From Cyanobacteria bacterium J06581_3 (lineage in GTDB: Bacteria; Cyanobacteriota; Cyanobacteriia; Phormidesmidales; Phormidesmidaceae), in the NCBI GenBank assembly GCA_038531675.1, contig JBCBBK010000008.1, positions 30,483-94,482 on the forward strand: a DNA stretch of 64,000 nucleotides. The letters are read 5' to 3'. Position numbers and translations under genes: made by a program. A model generated the notes under the pieces. It was not told where the DNA came from. It saw only the letters and a list, made by a program, of their open reading frames with translations, and did not search any database. Shown in pieces: positions 20,491 to 29,916 of the stretch (the stretch's first letter is position 1; every line of letters starts with the position of its first letter).

Positions 20491-20764
20491 AATTGCCTAA
20501 ATACTCTGATTCAATATCTGATGTACTGCTAGCGAATAAAATACGTTTCATAAAAGCCTTCTATCGAGGCTCCCGATTGCAGACTTTCGCTAGCCTAAAA
20601 CTTTTTTGGAACAACCTGCCCTCGGGCTGTGCCAGCTACCAAAAAGGCGCTATCGAGTCATTACAACCCTAAAACTTGGGAACCCGTAAGAAATTAGAAA
20701 TCGCTGAAGAGATATAAAGAGATTGAGAAATAGCCATCCGAAAACTTCACCTCTGCCTCACAAA

Positions 20765-21091
20765 CTACTCGCCTTCATTTCTACGGCCTAGCTTATCTGC
20801 GGCGACCTCATCCGAAGCTTCCTCCAGGTGTGCGAGCAAGGCCCGTAGCGGCATACGCTTAATGTAGGGCCACCCACCTTCGTGCTCGATATCCTTGAGC
20901 AGCCGGTATAGCCGCTGCCGATTGTCAGGCAACGCCTCGCGAAACAGGGTGTCTCTAATCTCAAAATGCAAAGTATCTAGAAGCCGCAAAAGTTCCAGGA
21001 GTGCCAGACAATCCCCTTCTCTGTCCTGAGCCGTTGAGCGAACAAGCTGAATAAGTGCGGAAAGATCAGGGGGAAGATTCTGAGAAGCCAT
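20765..21091 (-). CDS. Conserved cyanobacterial hypothetical protein (~108 aa)
   Basis: LLELLRLLDTLHFEIRDTLFREALPDNRQRLYRLLKDIEHEGGWPYI; ATG at 21091 preferred. Confidence 0.7.
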   Translation of the reverse strand: MASQNLPPDLSALIQLVRSTAQDREGDCLALLELLRLLDTLHFEIRDTLFREALPDNRQRLYRLLKDIEHEGGWPYIKRMPLRALLAHLEEASDEVAADKLGRRNEGE

Positions 21092-21414
21092 AGAAAAGGT
21101 AGGGAGAGAAAAGAGCCAACACAGCTCGCCGATTTTAACTTTTGTAACCAACTTGTTTACATTCAAAAACTCACAAAAAAATCTGACGCAAGTGAGTCCG
21201 CTCGCCAAAAGTGTTGCCTGCTTAAACCCCTACTCGCTTTAGGGTGCAGTGCCTTTGGCGTATTTTCTGAATGCATGGCTGAATGGATGGGCCTGTCAGA
21301 GACTACGCGATCGCCCAGCCAGGGTGCAAGCGATTCACCCGCCAAAACGGACCGAACGCAGTGTAAAATTATGTACTAAATAGTCCTTATAAATTCATAG
21401 TCTTGAGGTTGCCC

Positions 21415-22248
21415 ATGAGGTATCGCGCTCTGCTCGCTGCGTTTTTTGCCCTTTGCTTAGGTGTACTTACAGCCTGTAGCGAAGCGCCTTCCGCTACCAG
21501 CGATATTCCACTCACCTACGATCAAATTCGTAATACTGGACTTGCCAACAGCTGTCCCCAAGTAGACGAAACCCGCCGAGGTCAAATTCCCATTGCCGAT
21601 GGCGTTACCTACAAGCTAGTCGATTTGTGTCTGGAGCCCACCAGCTTTTTCGTTAAGCAAGAAACCGCTAACAAGCGCAAAGAAGCAGAATTCGTAGCGG
21701 GTAAGTCCCTCACTCGCTACACCACCTCCATCGAGCAAGTTAGTGGCGATGTCACCCTTCAAGGCGACGGCAGCCTCCTTTTTGATGAAAAGCTAGGCAT
21801 GGACTTTCAGCCGATTACCGTACTTCTACCCGGTGGCGACCAAATTCCTTTCCTCTTCACCATCAAAGGACTCAAGGCGAAGTCCCAGCCAGGGCTGAAC
21901 GCAGTCACCACGTCTACAGACTTTGAAGGATCATTTCGTGTCCCTTCTTATCGCACCTCTAACTTCCTAGATCCTAAGGCGCGGGGCCTAACAACCGGCT
22001 ACGACAACGCAGTGGCTCTGCCCGCTCGCGCAGACGGTGTGGATTTAGCCCGTGAGAACGTCAAGGCTTTCGATGTCGGCCAGGGTAATATCTCCCTTCA
22101 AATATCTAAGGTAGATAGCAACACCGGAGAAATTGGTGGTACCTTCATCTCCGAGCAGCCCTCCGATACAGATATGGGTACTGCTGCAGCTGATGATGTC
22201 AAGCTGCAGGGGGTCTTCTACGGTCGTATCGAAACCGAGGATGCATAG
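21415..22248 (+). CDS. psbO: Photosystem II manganese-stabilizing protein
   Basis: MRYRALL, lipobox-like LTACS, LTYDQIRNTGLANSCP, FRVPSYRTSNFLDPKARG. Confidence 0.97.
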   Translation: MRYRALLAAFFALCLGVLTACSEAPSATSDIPLTYDQIRNTGLANSCPQVDETRRGQIPIADGVTYKLVDLCLEPTSFFVKQETANKRKEAEFVAGKSLTRYTTSIEQVSGDVTLQGDGSLLFDEKLGMDFQPITVLLPGGDQIPFLFTIKGLKAKSQPGLNAVTTSTDFEGSFRVPSYRTSNFLDPKARGLTTGYDNAVALPARADGVDLARENVKAFDVGQGNISLQISKVDSNTGEIGGTFISEQPSDTDMGTAAADDVKLQGVFYGRIETEDA

Positions 22249-22344
22249 TCAGGCGTTATTCTGCGAGTGGTGTGCGCTAGGCTTTAGATAGCAAACCTCA
22301 GCCATTAGCAGCCTAAACAATAGCATTTGGTCCAAAGACCACCC

Positions 22345-22376
22345 AAGGCTTCTCAATTGATGAGAAGCCTTTTTTG
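22345..22376 (+). terminator. psbO terminator
   Basis: aaggcttctca / tgagaagcctt stem followed by a T tract. Confidence 0.85.
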
Positions 22377-22667
22377 TTGCCTACTCATCTTTTGCATATC
22401 AATTTCACTTACCAAAGAAAAATTATGAAAGAGGCATACTACAAACCGTATCTGACACGTATACATAACTAGTTTCTTGAGTGAGTCTGTCACATTGCAT
22501 CACCTCGTTTCAGTAAAAACCCAATTGTTGCAAGTTAGAACCTTAACTAGGCTGAAAGTATTAGTACACAAAGAGAAACGCCCCCTATAGGCTCGTATAT
22601 CTCCTTGACTACTAACTTCCTGATCTGCCAAGCGGCCTTAATTGATACCTAAGGGCCTACTTAAAAT

Positions 22668-23447
22668 ATGCGTTCATCAACCCATAAGGTTCTTAAAAAT
22701 AAGTCACTCGAAATTTTAAACACCTATCAAAAAGATCGCTCACTACAGCTGCGAAACCGTTTGGTACAACTTAATATTGGCCTTGTCCGCAGAGAGGCCC
22801 ATCGATGGCTACATAACTCTGGCGAAACCTTTGATGATTTAATGCAGGTCGGCAGTTTGGGTCTGATTCGCGCCATTGAGCGCTTCGACATTCAAAAGGG
22901 ATTTGCCTTCAGCTCCTTTGCCATTCCATACATTCGTGGCGAAATTCAGCATTACCTGAGAGATAAAGGCACCGTTGTTCGCATTCCCAGGCGCTGGCAA
23001 ACCCTACAGAGCCAATCGGCAAAGGCCATTCGGCATCTACAGGAAAGCCTCAATCGTAGGCCTAGCGACCAAGAAGTCGCAGCCGAGCTAGATATTACCG
23101 TAGAGGAATGGCAGCAGGTCAGAATTGCTAGCAGCAATCGCAATTTGCTAAGCCTGGATGCGCCAGTACAGGAGAGTGACAGCAGCAGTTCTTCCCTGGG
23201 CGATTTGCTCCCAGATGCCCGCTATCGCAGCTTTCAACTCGCCCAGGAAGATAAGATGCGTTTGCAGCAGGCCCTTTCACAGCTCGAAAAGCGTACTCGG
23301 GAAGTTGTGGAGTTTGTGTTTCTACAAGACCTCACCCAAAAAGAAACGGCTGAGCGCCTAGGAATTAGCTCTGTTACCGTTTCTCGCCGAGTCAAAAAGG
23401 GCCTGAAGCACTTGCAGGTGATTATGCAGCCACCGGGCGAGGCCTAG
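22668..23447 (+). CDS. sigF: Group 3 RNA polymerase sigma factor SigF
   Basis: LRNRLVQLNIGLVRREAH, DDLMQVGSLGLIRAIERFD, FSSFAIPYIRGEIQHYLRD, region 4 TQKETAERLGISSVTVSR. Confidence 0.88.
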   Translation: MRSSTHKVLKNKSLEILNTYQKDRSLQLRNRLVQLNIGLVRREAHRWLHNSGETFDDLMQVGSLGLIRAIERFDIQKGFAFSSFAIPYIRGEIQHYLRDKGTVVRIPRRWQTLQSQSAKAIRHLQESLNRRPSDQEVAAELDITVEEWQQVRIASSNRNLLSLDAPVQESDSSSSSLGDLLPDARYRSFQLAQEDKMRLQQALSQLEKRTREVVEFVFLQDLTQKETAERLGISSVTVSRRVKKGLKHLQVIMQPPGEA

Positions 23448-23451
23448 GTCA

Positions 23452-23533
23452 CAAAAGCGCGAGTGCAAAAGCACGAATACAAAAGCGTGTGTACAAAAGC
23501 AGGGCAATTAGCTTTTTGAGTTAGCTTTTTGAG
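23452..23533 (+). repeat. Four CAAAAGC units at 14-bp period, then two TTAGCTTTTTGAG units
   Basis: caaaagc at 23452, 23466, 23480 and 23494; ttagctttttgag at 23508 and 23521. Confidence 0.85.
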
Positions 23534-23709
23534 ATAGAACAAGTCTGCCTTTTTAGTTTTTTTGGCGAGTAGCGTTACTTTAAGGGGGCTTTGTGTCTAT
23601 CCTAAGCGAGCACGGCTCAGGCGAGCCTTGTGCAAACAAAAAGTGTAAACGAACAAGGCTTTAGCATCGCTAACCACCAAAGCCAACCAGTCCTGGGAGG
23701 GATCAGAAC

Positions 23710-24744
23710 ATGCGGCGATTGCTGCTCATCTTACTTGCAACAGCTCCACTCACCGGCTGCCAATGGCTCAGTGCTGGCGAAGATGTTGCCATTATTGACC
23801 CGTTCGAGGGTGCTGGCGAGACGATTGCCGAAGCTGGTGAGGACATTTCTGAAGCCATTGACGGTCAGCAAGAGAAGCCTTTTGAAGAACCCGTGGTCGC
23901 GGCACCTACGGTAACAGCGGATTTAATTCTTTCCACTGACCCAGATGCCAGGACTCGGCAGGTCACTCAGTCACGGATAGATCCGTTTGCCACATTACCC
24001 ATTCCGCTGGAGCCCACACCTGTGGTTGTACCAGCTGGTAGCAACAATGCTGCAACCAGGGCCGCTAACACAGCCAGTGGTGCAAATGGTGGTGGCTCTG
24101 CGGCAGCGGCGGCAGGTGCAGGTGCTAAGCCCGCTTCAGGACCAACACCTCCACCTGTAAATGTACGCAACAACAGTCCAGCCCTAACGAGACCCTCACC
24201 GATTGCGGCACTCCCTCGCATCCCACAGCCTGTGATTGCACCAGCGATTTCCGTTTCTGGCATCATTCAGCTGGGCGGCGAGCCCTATGCCATTGTCAGC
24301 TCCAGCGGTGAACCCGAGCGCTATGTCAAAGTCGGGGACCGACTTGCTGGTGGCAGTGTTAGGGTTAAGCGGATCGATACCCTAGCGTTTGAACCACAGG
24401 TCATTTTAGAGGAAAACGGCATTGAGGTTTCTCGCCCAATCGGCGGTAGTGGCGCAGAAGATTCTGCCGACACGCCCGCAGGCGCAGCGCCCTCGAATGA
24501 TCCCACAGAAGCACCCTTTGTACCGCCTACAGAAGCGCCACTGGTTCCCGTGGCGGCGCTTCCAGTTCCTGCAGTTCCTTCATCTGAAGCTTCAGGTCTA
24601 CCGGCGATTTCGCTCCCTGCGCCGACTTCTCAACAACCCAGCGCAGGCACAGTACCCGGCAGTTTGCTACTACAGCCTGCCGAACTGACGTCTCAGGTAA
24701 CGCTGCCGAATATGCGCGTGAGCGTACCTGGCAGCCACGCCTAG
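23710..24744 (+). CDS. Pro/Ala-rich lipoprotein with a PilP/GspC-HR-like domain
   Basis: Lipobox LTGC; RIDPF motif; VSGIIQLGGEPYAIVSSSGEPERYVKVGDRLAGGSVRVKRID beta-rich domain. Confidence 0.6.
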   Translation: MRRLLLILLATAPLTGCQWLSAGEDVAIIDPFEGAGETIAEAGEDISEAIDGQQEKPFEEPVVAAPTVTADLILSTDPDARTRQVTQSRIDPFATLPIPLEPTPVVVPAGSNNAATRAANTASGANGGGSAAAAAGAGAKPASGPTPPPVNVRNNSPALTRPSPIAALPRIPQPVIAPAISVSGIIQLGGEPYAIVSSSGEPERYVKVGDRLAGGSVRVKRIDTLAFEPQVILEENGIEVSRPIGGSGAEDSADTPAGAAPSNDPTEAPFVPPTEAPLVPVAALPVPAVPSSEASGLPAISLPAPTSQQPSAGTVPGSLLLQPAELTSQVTLPNMRVSVPGSHA

Positions 24745-24802
24745 TTGGGCAACGCGTATTTGCTACCGTGCGTGCCTACGCAAGCCACAAAACTTCATTA
24801 CT

Positions 24803-24840
24803 AAAGCCCCCAAGATCCTGATTCGCTCTTGGGGGCTTTT
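24803..24840 (+). terminator. Intrinsic terminator
   Basis: aaagcccccaaga / tcttgggggcttt 13-bp stem. Confidence 0.85.
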
Positions 24841-24867
24841 AATGTTTTGTTTATGAATATTTAACCT
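24838..24867 (+). promoter_or_regulatory. Candidate Pho box (SphR/PhoB) upstream of phnC
   Basis: TTTAATGT (24838), gtttatga (24849) and TTTAACCT (24860) at 11-bp period, versus the cyanobacterial YTTAAYYW triple repeat; the middle unit is poor. Confidence 0.5.
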
Positions 24868-24915
24868 TTTGACTACGCTGGCTTAAAGCGCACATCAAAC
24901 TCACGTGATTGAGTA

Positions 24916-25803
24916 TTGTGGCAGCGCCAAGTAATTACCGTGGTCTCCATTGAAAATAATCATAAGTATGTCCGCGCAGCTACTGGCCAACTGCCTGCCT
25001 GCCCGACTTTCGGTGAACCTGTTGTCAGTGTGACTGGGCTGAGCAAATCCTTTCGAGGTGTACCTGCATTGCAAAGTGTGGACTTGACGGTTCGCAAAGG
25101 TGAAATGGTAGCTCTGGTGGGTGCTTCTGGCTCTGGGAAGTCTACGCTACTGAGAACAGTCAATGGCCTACAGCTGGCTGACGGGGGCACCGTCGAAATT
25201 TTTGGGACGCCGTTGCAAAGTGCTGGTCGACTGCATTCTAAGGCAAGGCAGTTGCGGGCTCAGGTGGGCTTTATTTTCCAGCAGTTTAACCTGGTTAACC
25301 GACTGAGCGTCATTGAAAATGTGCTGCTGGGCCATCTGTCGCAAACGTCGGCTTTGCGATCAACGTTTCGGCTGTTTTCGAAGGCGGAGAAGACTCGTGC
25401 CCTTGCGGCGCTCGACCGAGTCGGCATTTTAGAGCAGGCCTACAAACGAACGGCATTGCTGTCGGGCGGGCAGCAGCAGCGGGTGGCGATCGCTCGTTGC
25501 CTGATGCAAGGTGCTCAAGTCATTCTCGCCGACGAACCCATCGCCTCGCTTGATCCAGAATCGGCCCGACGGGTCATGGCTTTGCTCACTGATTTGAATC
25601 GGGAGAGTGGCTTGACGGTAATTACTTCACTACACCAGGTGCAGATGGTGCGGTTTTACTGCGATAGATCCATCGCGCTCAAAGACGGGGTCGTACAGTT
25701 CGACGGTGCCACGACTGCCCTGGATGATGAACGGCTCAACAGTATATACGGCGCTGCCGCTGAGGAATTGGTCGTGAGAGGCCATGCAGAAATTATGGGC
25801 TGA
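24916..25803 (+). CDS. phnC: Phosphonate ABC transporter ATP-binding protein; start uncertain
   Basis: GASGSGKS, IFQQFNLVNRLSVIENVL, LSGGQQQRVAIAR, ADEPIASLDPESA. Confidence 0.93.
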   Translation: MWQRQVITVVSIENNHKYVRAATGQLPACPTFGEPVVSVTGLSKSFRGVPALQSVDLTVRKGEMVALVGASGSGKSTLLRTVNGLQLADGGTVEIFGTPLQSAGRLHSKARQLRAQVGFIFQQFNLVNRLSVIENVLLGHLSQTSALRSTFRLFSKAEKTRALAALDRVGILEQAYKRTALLSGGQQQRVAIARCLMQGAQVILADEPIASLDPESARRVMALLTDLNRESGLTVITSLHQVQMVRFYCDRSIALKDGVVQFDGATTALDDERLNSIYGAAAEELVVRGHAEIMG

Positions 25804-25864
25804 CTCTCTTTCAACGCCCTTTCAACGTTTTCTTTAACACTAGGTTTCACTTTAGGAGTACTCA

Positions 25865-26962
25865 ATGCTTAAGCAACTTTTCCATGCGTCACCTTTGAGC
25901 AAAAGAACAGTTAAAAGATGGACAACGCTGCTGTCTGCCACAATATTTAGCGCGACTGTGCTTGCGAGCTGTAGCGGCGGCACTAGTACAAACACTGCTA
26001 CAACCACCAGCGAGACCGAAACAGGTGGAGACGTAGCAGCGGGAGGCACCTGCGCGGCTGAAATCGCTGAGCTAGAGTTTGGTATCATCTCTACCGAGTC
26101 GCAAGACAACCAGAAGCCCAAGTGGGAACCGTTTATCGCTGCGATGTCTGAAGAGCTGGGCCGCGAGGTAAAGGCTTCCTATGCTACGGACTATGCAGGT
26201 GTGATTGAAGCGATGGGGGCCAATAAGGTACAGATGGCCTGGTTTGGCGGTAAGTCTTACATTGAAGCGGCCAAGCGCTCTGAGGCTGAAGCTTTCGCTC
26301 AGACGGTCGCTACCGACGGTAGCAAGGGGTACTACGCCTATCTGATTACCAATAAGGAGAATCCAATCCTGGCTGATATTGATGTTGATGCGGGAGATGG
26401 CGACCAGTACGTGGTAGAAAATGCAGGCAACTTAACGTTTGCGTTTAACGACCCTAACTCTACTTCTGGCTTTCTGGTGCCCAGCTACTACGTGTTTGCT
26501 CAGAACGACGTGAATCCTGAAGAGGCTTTTAGCGAGCTTGTATTCGCTGGTAGCCACGAAGCAACTGCACTTGCCGTGGCAAACAATCAGGTAGATGTGG
26601 CTACCAATAACAGTGAGTCTCTGTTTGAAATTGAAAAGAACGATCCGGATGCATTTGAGAATATTCAGGTGGTGTGGACGTCTCCTGAAATCCCTAGCGA
26701 CCCGATTGCTTACCGCAAGGACTTACCGGACTGCTTAAAGGACGAGATCAAAGATTTCTTCTATAGCTACGAAGACGAAGCAATTCTGGGGCCTTTGGAG
26801 TGGAGCGGCTTTGATGAGGCCGACGATACGACCTGGAATACGGTTCGTGAGTTGGAAATTGGTAAGACCATTCTAGAAGTGCAGAATGATGCCAGCCTGG
26901 ATGCGGCAGCTAAGGAAGCAAGGCTAGAGGAGTTAAACACAGAGCTGGAGGCAGTGAAGTAG
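25865..26962 (+). CDS. phnD: Phosphonate ABC transporter substrate-binding lipoprotein
   Basis: Lipobox LASC; FGIISTES, ATDYAGVIEAM, FNDPNSTSGFLVP, GSHEATALAV. Confidence 0.93.
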   Translation: MLKQLFHASPLSKRTVKRWTTLLSATIFSATVLASCSGGTSTNTATTTSETETGGDVAAGGTCAAEIAELEFGIISTESQDNQKPKWEPFIAAMSEELGREVKASYATDYAGVIEAMGANKVQMAWFGGKSYIEAAKRSEAEAFAQTVATDGSKGYYAYLITNKENPILADIDVDAGDGDQYVVENAGNLTFAFNDPNSTSGFLVPSYYVFAQNDVNPEEAFSELVFAGSHEATALAVANNQVDVATNNSESLFEIEKNDPDAFENIQVVWTSPEIPSDPIAYRKDLPDCLKDEIKDFFYSYEDEAILGPLEWSGFDEADDTTWNTVRELEIGKTILEVQNDASLDAAAKEARLEELNTELEAVK

Positions 26963-27049
26963 AACGGGATTCTAGGCAGTTTGTGTGTTTGTGAGCATGC
27001 AAACTGCCTGACTTCTTATTGTTGTTGTCTTGATGAGTCGGAATCTGCG

Positions 27050-27952
27050 ATGCCTGCTGATAAAAAGGTTCAAAACTCTAACCACTCAGGTGCTGCGGTT
27101 GTTGAACGAAATGCTTTAGAGACAGATTTGACGGGTAAGTATTCGCTGCCGGTGTCGGACGCGGTGCTAGAGATGCGATCGCGCGATCGCACAACAACAA
27201 AACAAATCATATGGCGAAGTCTCTCTGTTGCAGCTGGGCTCGCCATCCTTTGGGGCGCGGCTGTTGTCAGCGAAATCGATTTAGGTGAGCTGTTTGAAGG
27301 CGGCAGCACCATGGGAGAATACGCTGGCCGCTACTTTCCGCCTAACTTTGCCAACTGGCGTTTTTACTTTCAAGACATTGTCGAAACCGTTGGCATGGCC
27401 ATTTGGGGAACATTGCTGGCGGTAATTGTGGCTGCGCCGCTTTCTATCTTGGGCTCGGCGAACCTTTGCCCCTGGTGGGTTGTGCAGCCTACGCGCCGCC
27501 TGCTGGACGCGATGCGAGCGATTAATGAGATTGTATTTGCGCTGGTGTTTGTAGTGGCGGTGGGGCTAGGCCCGTTTGCAGGTGTGCTGGCGATTTTTGT
27601 GCATACGGCTGGCATTTTAGGAAAGCTCTTTTCCGAAGCTATTGAGAATATTGAAGTAGGTCAAATTGAGGGGGTCAGAGCAACCGGCGCAAGCAAATTT
27701 CAAGAGATCTTATTCGGCGTGGTGCCGCAGGTGATTCCGCTTTGGATTTCCTATGTGCTCTATCGATTTGAGTCTAACGTGCGCTCTGCTACGGTTCTGG
27801 GCATTGTCGGGGCGGGCGGCATCGGCGTTTCTCTTTATCAAAGCTTCCGCTCGTTTGACTATCCCAAAGTGTGTGCGATTTTAATTATTTTAATCGTGGT
27901 AGTTGGCGTAATTGATGAAGCCTCTGGCTGGCTACGGCGCAAGTTTATTTAA
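27050..27952 (+). CDS. phnE: Phosphonate ABC transporter permease
   Basis: RAINEIVFAL..GLGPFAGVLA, LGKLFSEAIE, YRFESNVRSATVLGIVGAGGIG; ATG at 27050. Confidence 0.93.
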   Translation: MPADKKVQNSNHSGAAVVERNALETDLTGKYSLPVSDAVLEMRSRDRTTTKQIIWRSLSVAAGLAILWGAAVVSEIDLGELFEGGSTMGEYAGRYFPPNFANWRFYFQDIVETVGMAIWGTLLAVIVAAPLSILGSANLCPWWVVQPTRRLLDAMRAINEIVFALVFVVAVGLGPFAGVLAIFVHTAGILGKLFSEAIENIEVGQIEGVRATGASKFQEILFGVVPQVIPLWISYVLYRFESNVRSATVLGIVGAGGIGVSLYQSFRSFDYPKVCAILIILIVVVGVIDEASGWLRRKFI

Positions 27953-27974
27953 CCGCGCATTTAACCGCGCAGAG

Positions 27975-28706
27975 CTAAGAAGGATTCTCGAAGACCATTT
28001 CCATACGATCGCCTCTCAACCGAGTCACCCCATACTCAATCCTGCGTCCTTGCTGATCGACGTTGACAGATTCGGCGAGCAAAATAGGCTGATTGAGCGA
28101 TAGCTGCAAAAGCTTGGCGTCTTTTGGCTGTACCACTCTAGCTGAAACAGAGGTGCTAAGGCGGAGATGATCGATATTGTACTGGTCACGTAACCACTTA
28201 GAAATAGAGTTAGTTGCCCTAAAAGCCGCAAGACTTTCTTCACTCAGCAAATCAGGAAATAGGCCAAGTGGGAAGTAGCTGTTAGCGACACTAATTGGCT
28301 CGTCATCTGCCATCCCCAACCTTTCTACAAGTGCAACAGAATCGCCAATTTCCAAGCCCAGTCCAGTTGCTACAGAATGATCTGCTGGGAGCGCTAGCGT
28401 TTTTAACACCTCAAATTTAGCGGTACGGCCCTGTGCTTTTAGCGTTTCGTTGTAGCGTACCCGTTGACCGATAGCGTAGCGAATTGGCGCGGCGACAAAG
28501 GTGCCCCGGCCTCTTTCTGCCCTGAGCAGGCCTTCTTGCCGAAGAAGGGCGATCGCCTGCCGAATAGTATGACGGTTCACATCAAACTGCTGAGAAAGCT
28601 GAGCCTCGGGAGGAAGCTGATCACCCACTTTATATAGTTGAGTCTGAATTCTGTGACGCAGCTGCTTGGCAATTTGGACGTAGCGAGGTGATTCAAAATC
28701 GGGCAT
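27975..28706 (-). CDS. phnF: GntR/HutC-family phosphonate regulator
   Basis: GDQLPPEAQLSQQFDVNRHTIRQAI..L..EGLL..ERGRGTFV HTH plus UTRA domain; divergent from phnG. Confidence 0.92.
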   Translation of the reverse strand: MPDFESPRYVQIAKQLRHRIQTQLYKVGDQLPPEAQLSQQFDVNRHTIRQAIALLRQEGLLRAERGRGTFVAAPIRYAIGQRVRYNETLKAQGRTAKFEVLKTLALPADHSVATGLGLEIGDSVALVERLGMADDEPISVANSYFPLGLFPDLLSEESLAAFRATNSISKWLRDQYNIDHLRLSTSVSARVVQPKDAKLLQLSLNQPILLAESVNVDQQGRRIEYGVTRLRGDRMEMVFENPS

Positions 28707-28807
28707 GGCGGTAGAGCGTAACCAGCACTAAAAATGGGGTGTTGCTAAGGCGTATCTGAACAATGTATCAAACCATACTTGAATATTTTGGATGTCTGAT
28801 TCATAAT

Positions 28808-28819
28808 TTGTCTAGACAA
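28808..28819. promoter_or_regulatory. Candidate PhnF operator TTGTCTAGACAA
   Basis: Perfect 12-bp palindrome matching the HutC-subfamily GT-N-TA-N-AC pattern, in the phnF-phnG spacer. Confidence 0.75.
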
Positions 28820-28860
28820 CTAGACTTTTGAAATTTAAGTTGTCGAGAGAGGGCTGACTG

Positions 28861-29313
28861 ATGGCAACTGTAGCTGAACGGCAACATTGGATGGGGACGC
28901 TGGCAAAGGCGGCTTTACCTGAGCTGGAGCAGTGTGTCTTAGGGTTGGGAGATTTGCCATCCTATGAGTTTTTGCGATCGCCTGAAACTGGTCTGGCAAT
29001 GGTAAGAGGGCGAGCGGGCGGCAGCGGTGATGCTTTTAACCTGGGGGAGATTACGCTGACGCGCTGTGTGGTTAGCGTTTCGGGTGGGCAGGTGGTGCCT
29101 GCTGGGTTTGGATATGTGAAGGGGCGATCGCACCGTCATGCTGAGCTGGCGGCAGTGTGTGACGCACTGTTGCAGCAAGGGCAGTGGCATGAGCGTGTGA
29201 TGTCAGCGGTGGTAAAGCCTTTGCAGCAGAGCCTTCAAAGAGCGTCTGCAGAGCAACAACAACAAACAGCCGCGACTAAAGTCGAGTTCTTTACAATGCG
29301 CCGAGGGGAGTAG
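28861..29313 (+). CDS. phnG: C-P lyase subunit PhnG
   Basis: RSPETGLAMVRGRAGGSGDAFNLGEITLTRCVV, AELAAVCDALLQ, ATKVEFFTMRRGE. Confidence 0.95.
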   Translation: MATVAERQHWMGTLAKAALPELEQCVLGLGDLPSYEFLRSPETGLAMVRGRAGGSGDAFNLGEITLTRCVVSVSGGQVVPAGFGYVKGRSHRHAELAAVCDALLQQGQWHERVMSAVVKPLQQSLQRASAEQQQQTAATKVEFFTMRRGE

Positions 29314-29319
29314 AAAACT

Positions 29320-29916
29320 ATGTCAATGACAACAACAACGCTACCTGGTTTTTCTGATGCGGTGCATGAGCCACAGCGCATGTTTAAAGGATTATTGGAT
29401 GCAATTTCACATCCTGGAGAGCCCTACACACCTTCTGTAAACATCACGCCGCCCGCTGATCTCACGCCTGTATGCGCCGCTGCCTGTCTTACACTCCTGG
29501 ACTTAGAAACAGTGGTGTGGCTACAGCCCGGTTTGTCTGCTGAGGTACAAGACTGGCTACGATTTCACACGGGCTGTCGGTTCACTAAGCAGCCGGAAAG
29601 TGCCACCTTTGCCGTTGTCAAAGATGCGCGTACTCTACCAGCGCTTCACGCTTTTAACATGGGTACTGCTGAAGACCCCGAAGCGTCTACTACGCTACTC
29701 ATTCAGGTGCAAGACTTTCTCTCTGGTGAACTTCAACAGCTCTCCGGCCCTGGCATTTTGAACAAAGTCACCTTATCGCCGCCACTTCCCGGCAACTTTT
29801 GGAATCAGTGGCGGCAAAACCAGGCTGCCTACCCTCAAGGCATAGATTGCTTTTTGTTCACACAGCAGTCCGTCGTAGGGTTGCCTCGTACTGTATCCCT
29901 TAATCCCTCTAATTAG
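29320..29916 (+). CDS. phnH: C-P lyase subunit PhnH
   Basis: GFSDAVHEPQRMFKGLLDAISHPG, LTLLDLETVVWL, GTAEDPEASTTL, LSGPGI, YPQGID. Confidence 0.95.
   Translation: MSMTTTTLPGFSDAVHEPQRMFKGLLDAISHPGEPYTPSVNITPPADLTPVCAAACLTLLDLETVVWLQPGLSAEVQDWLRFHTGCRFTKQPESATFAVVKDARTLPALHAFNMGTAEDPEASTTLLIQVQDFLSGELQQLSGPGILNKVTLSPPLPGNFWNQWRQNQAAYPQGIDCFLFTQQSVVGLPRTVSLNPSN

Noticed and set aside
27951-27974. 12-bp duplication ttaaccgcgca(t/g) at the phnE-phnF junction
   Set aside because: A minor local duplication between two stop codons with no evident consequence.
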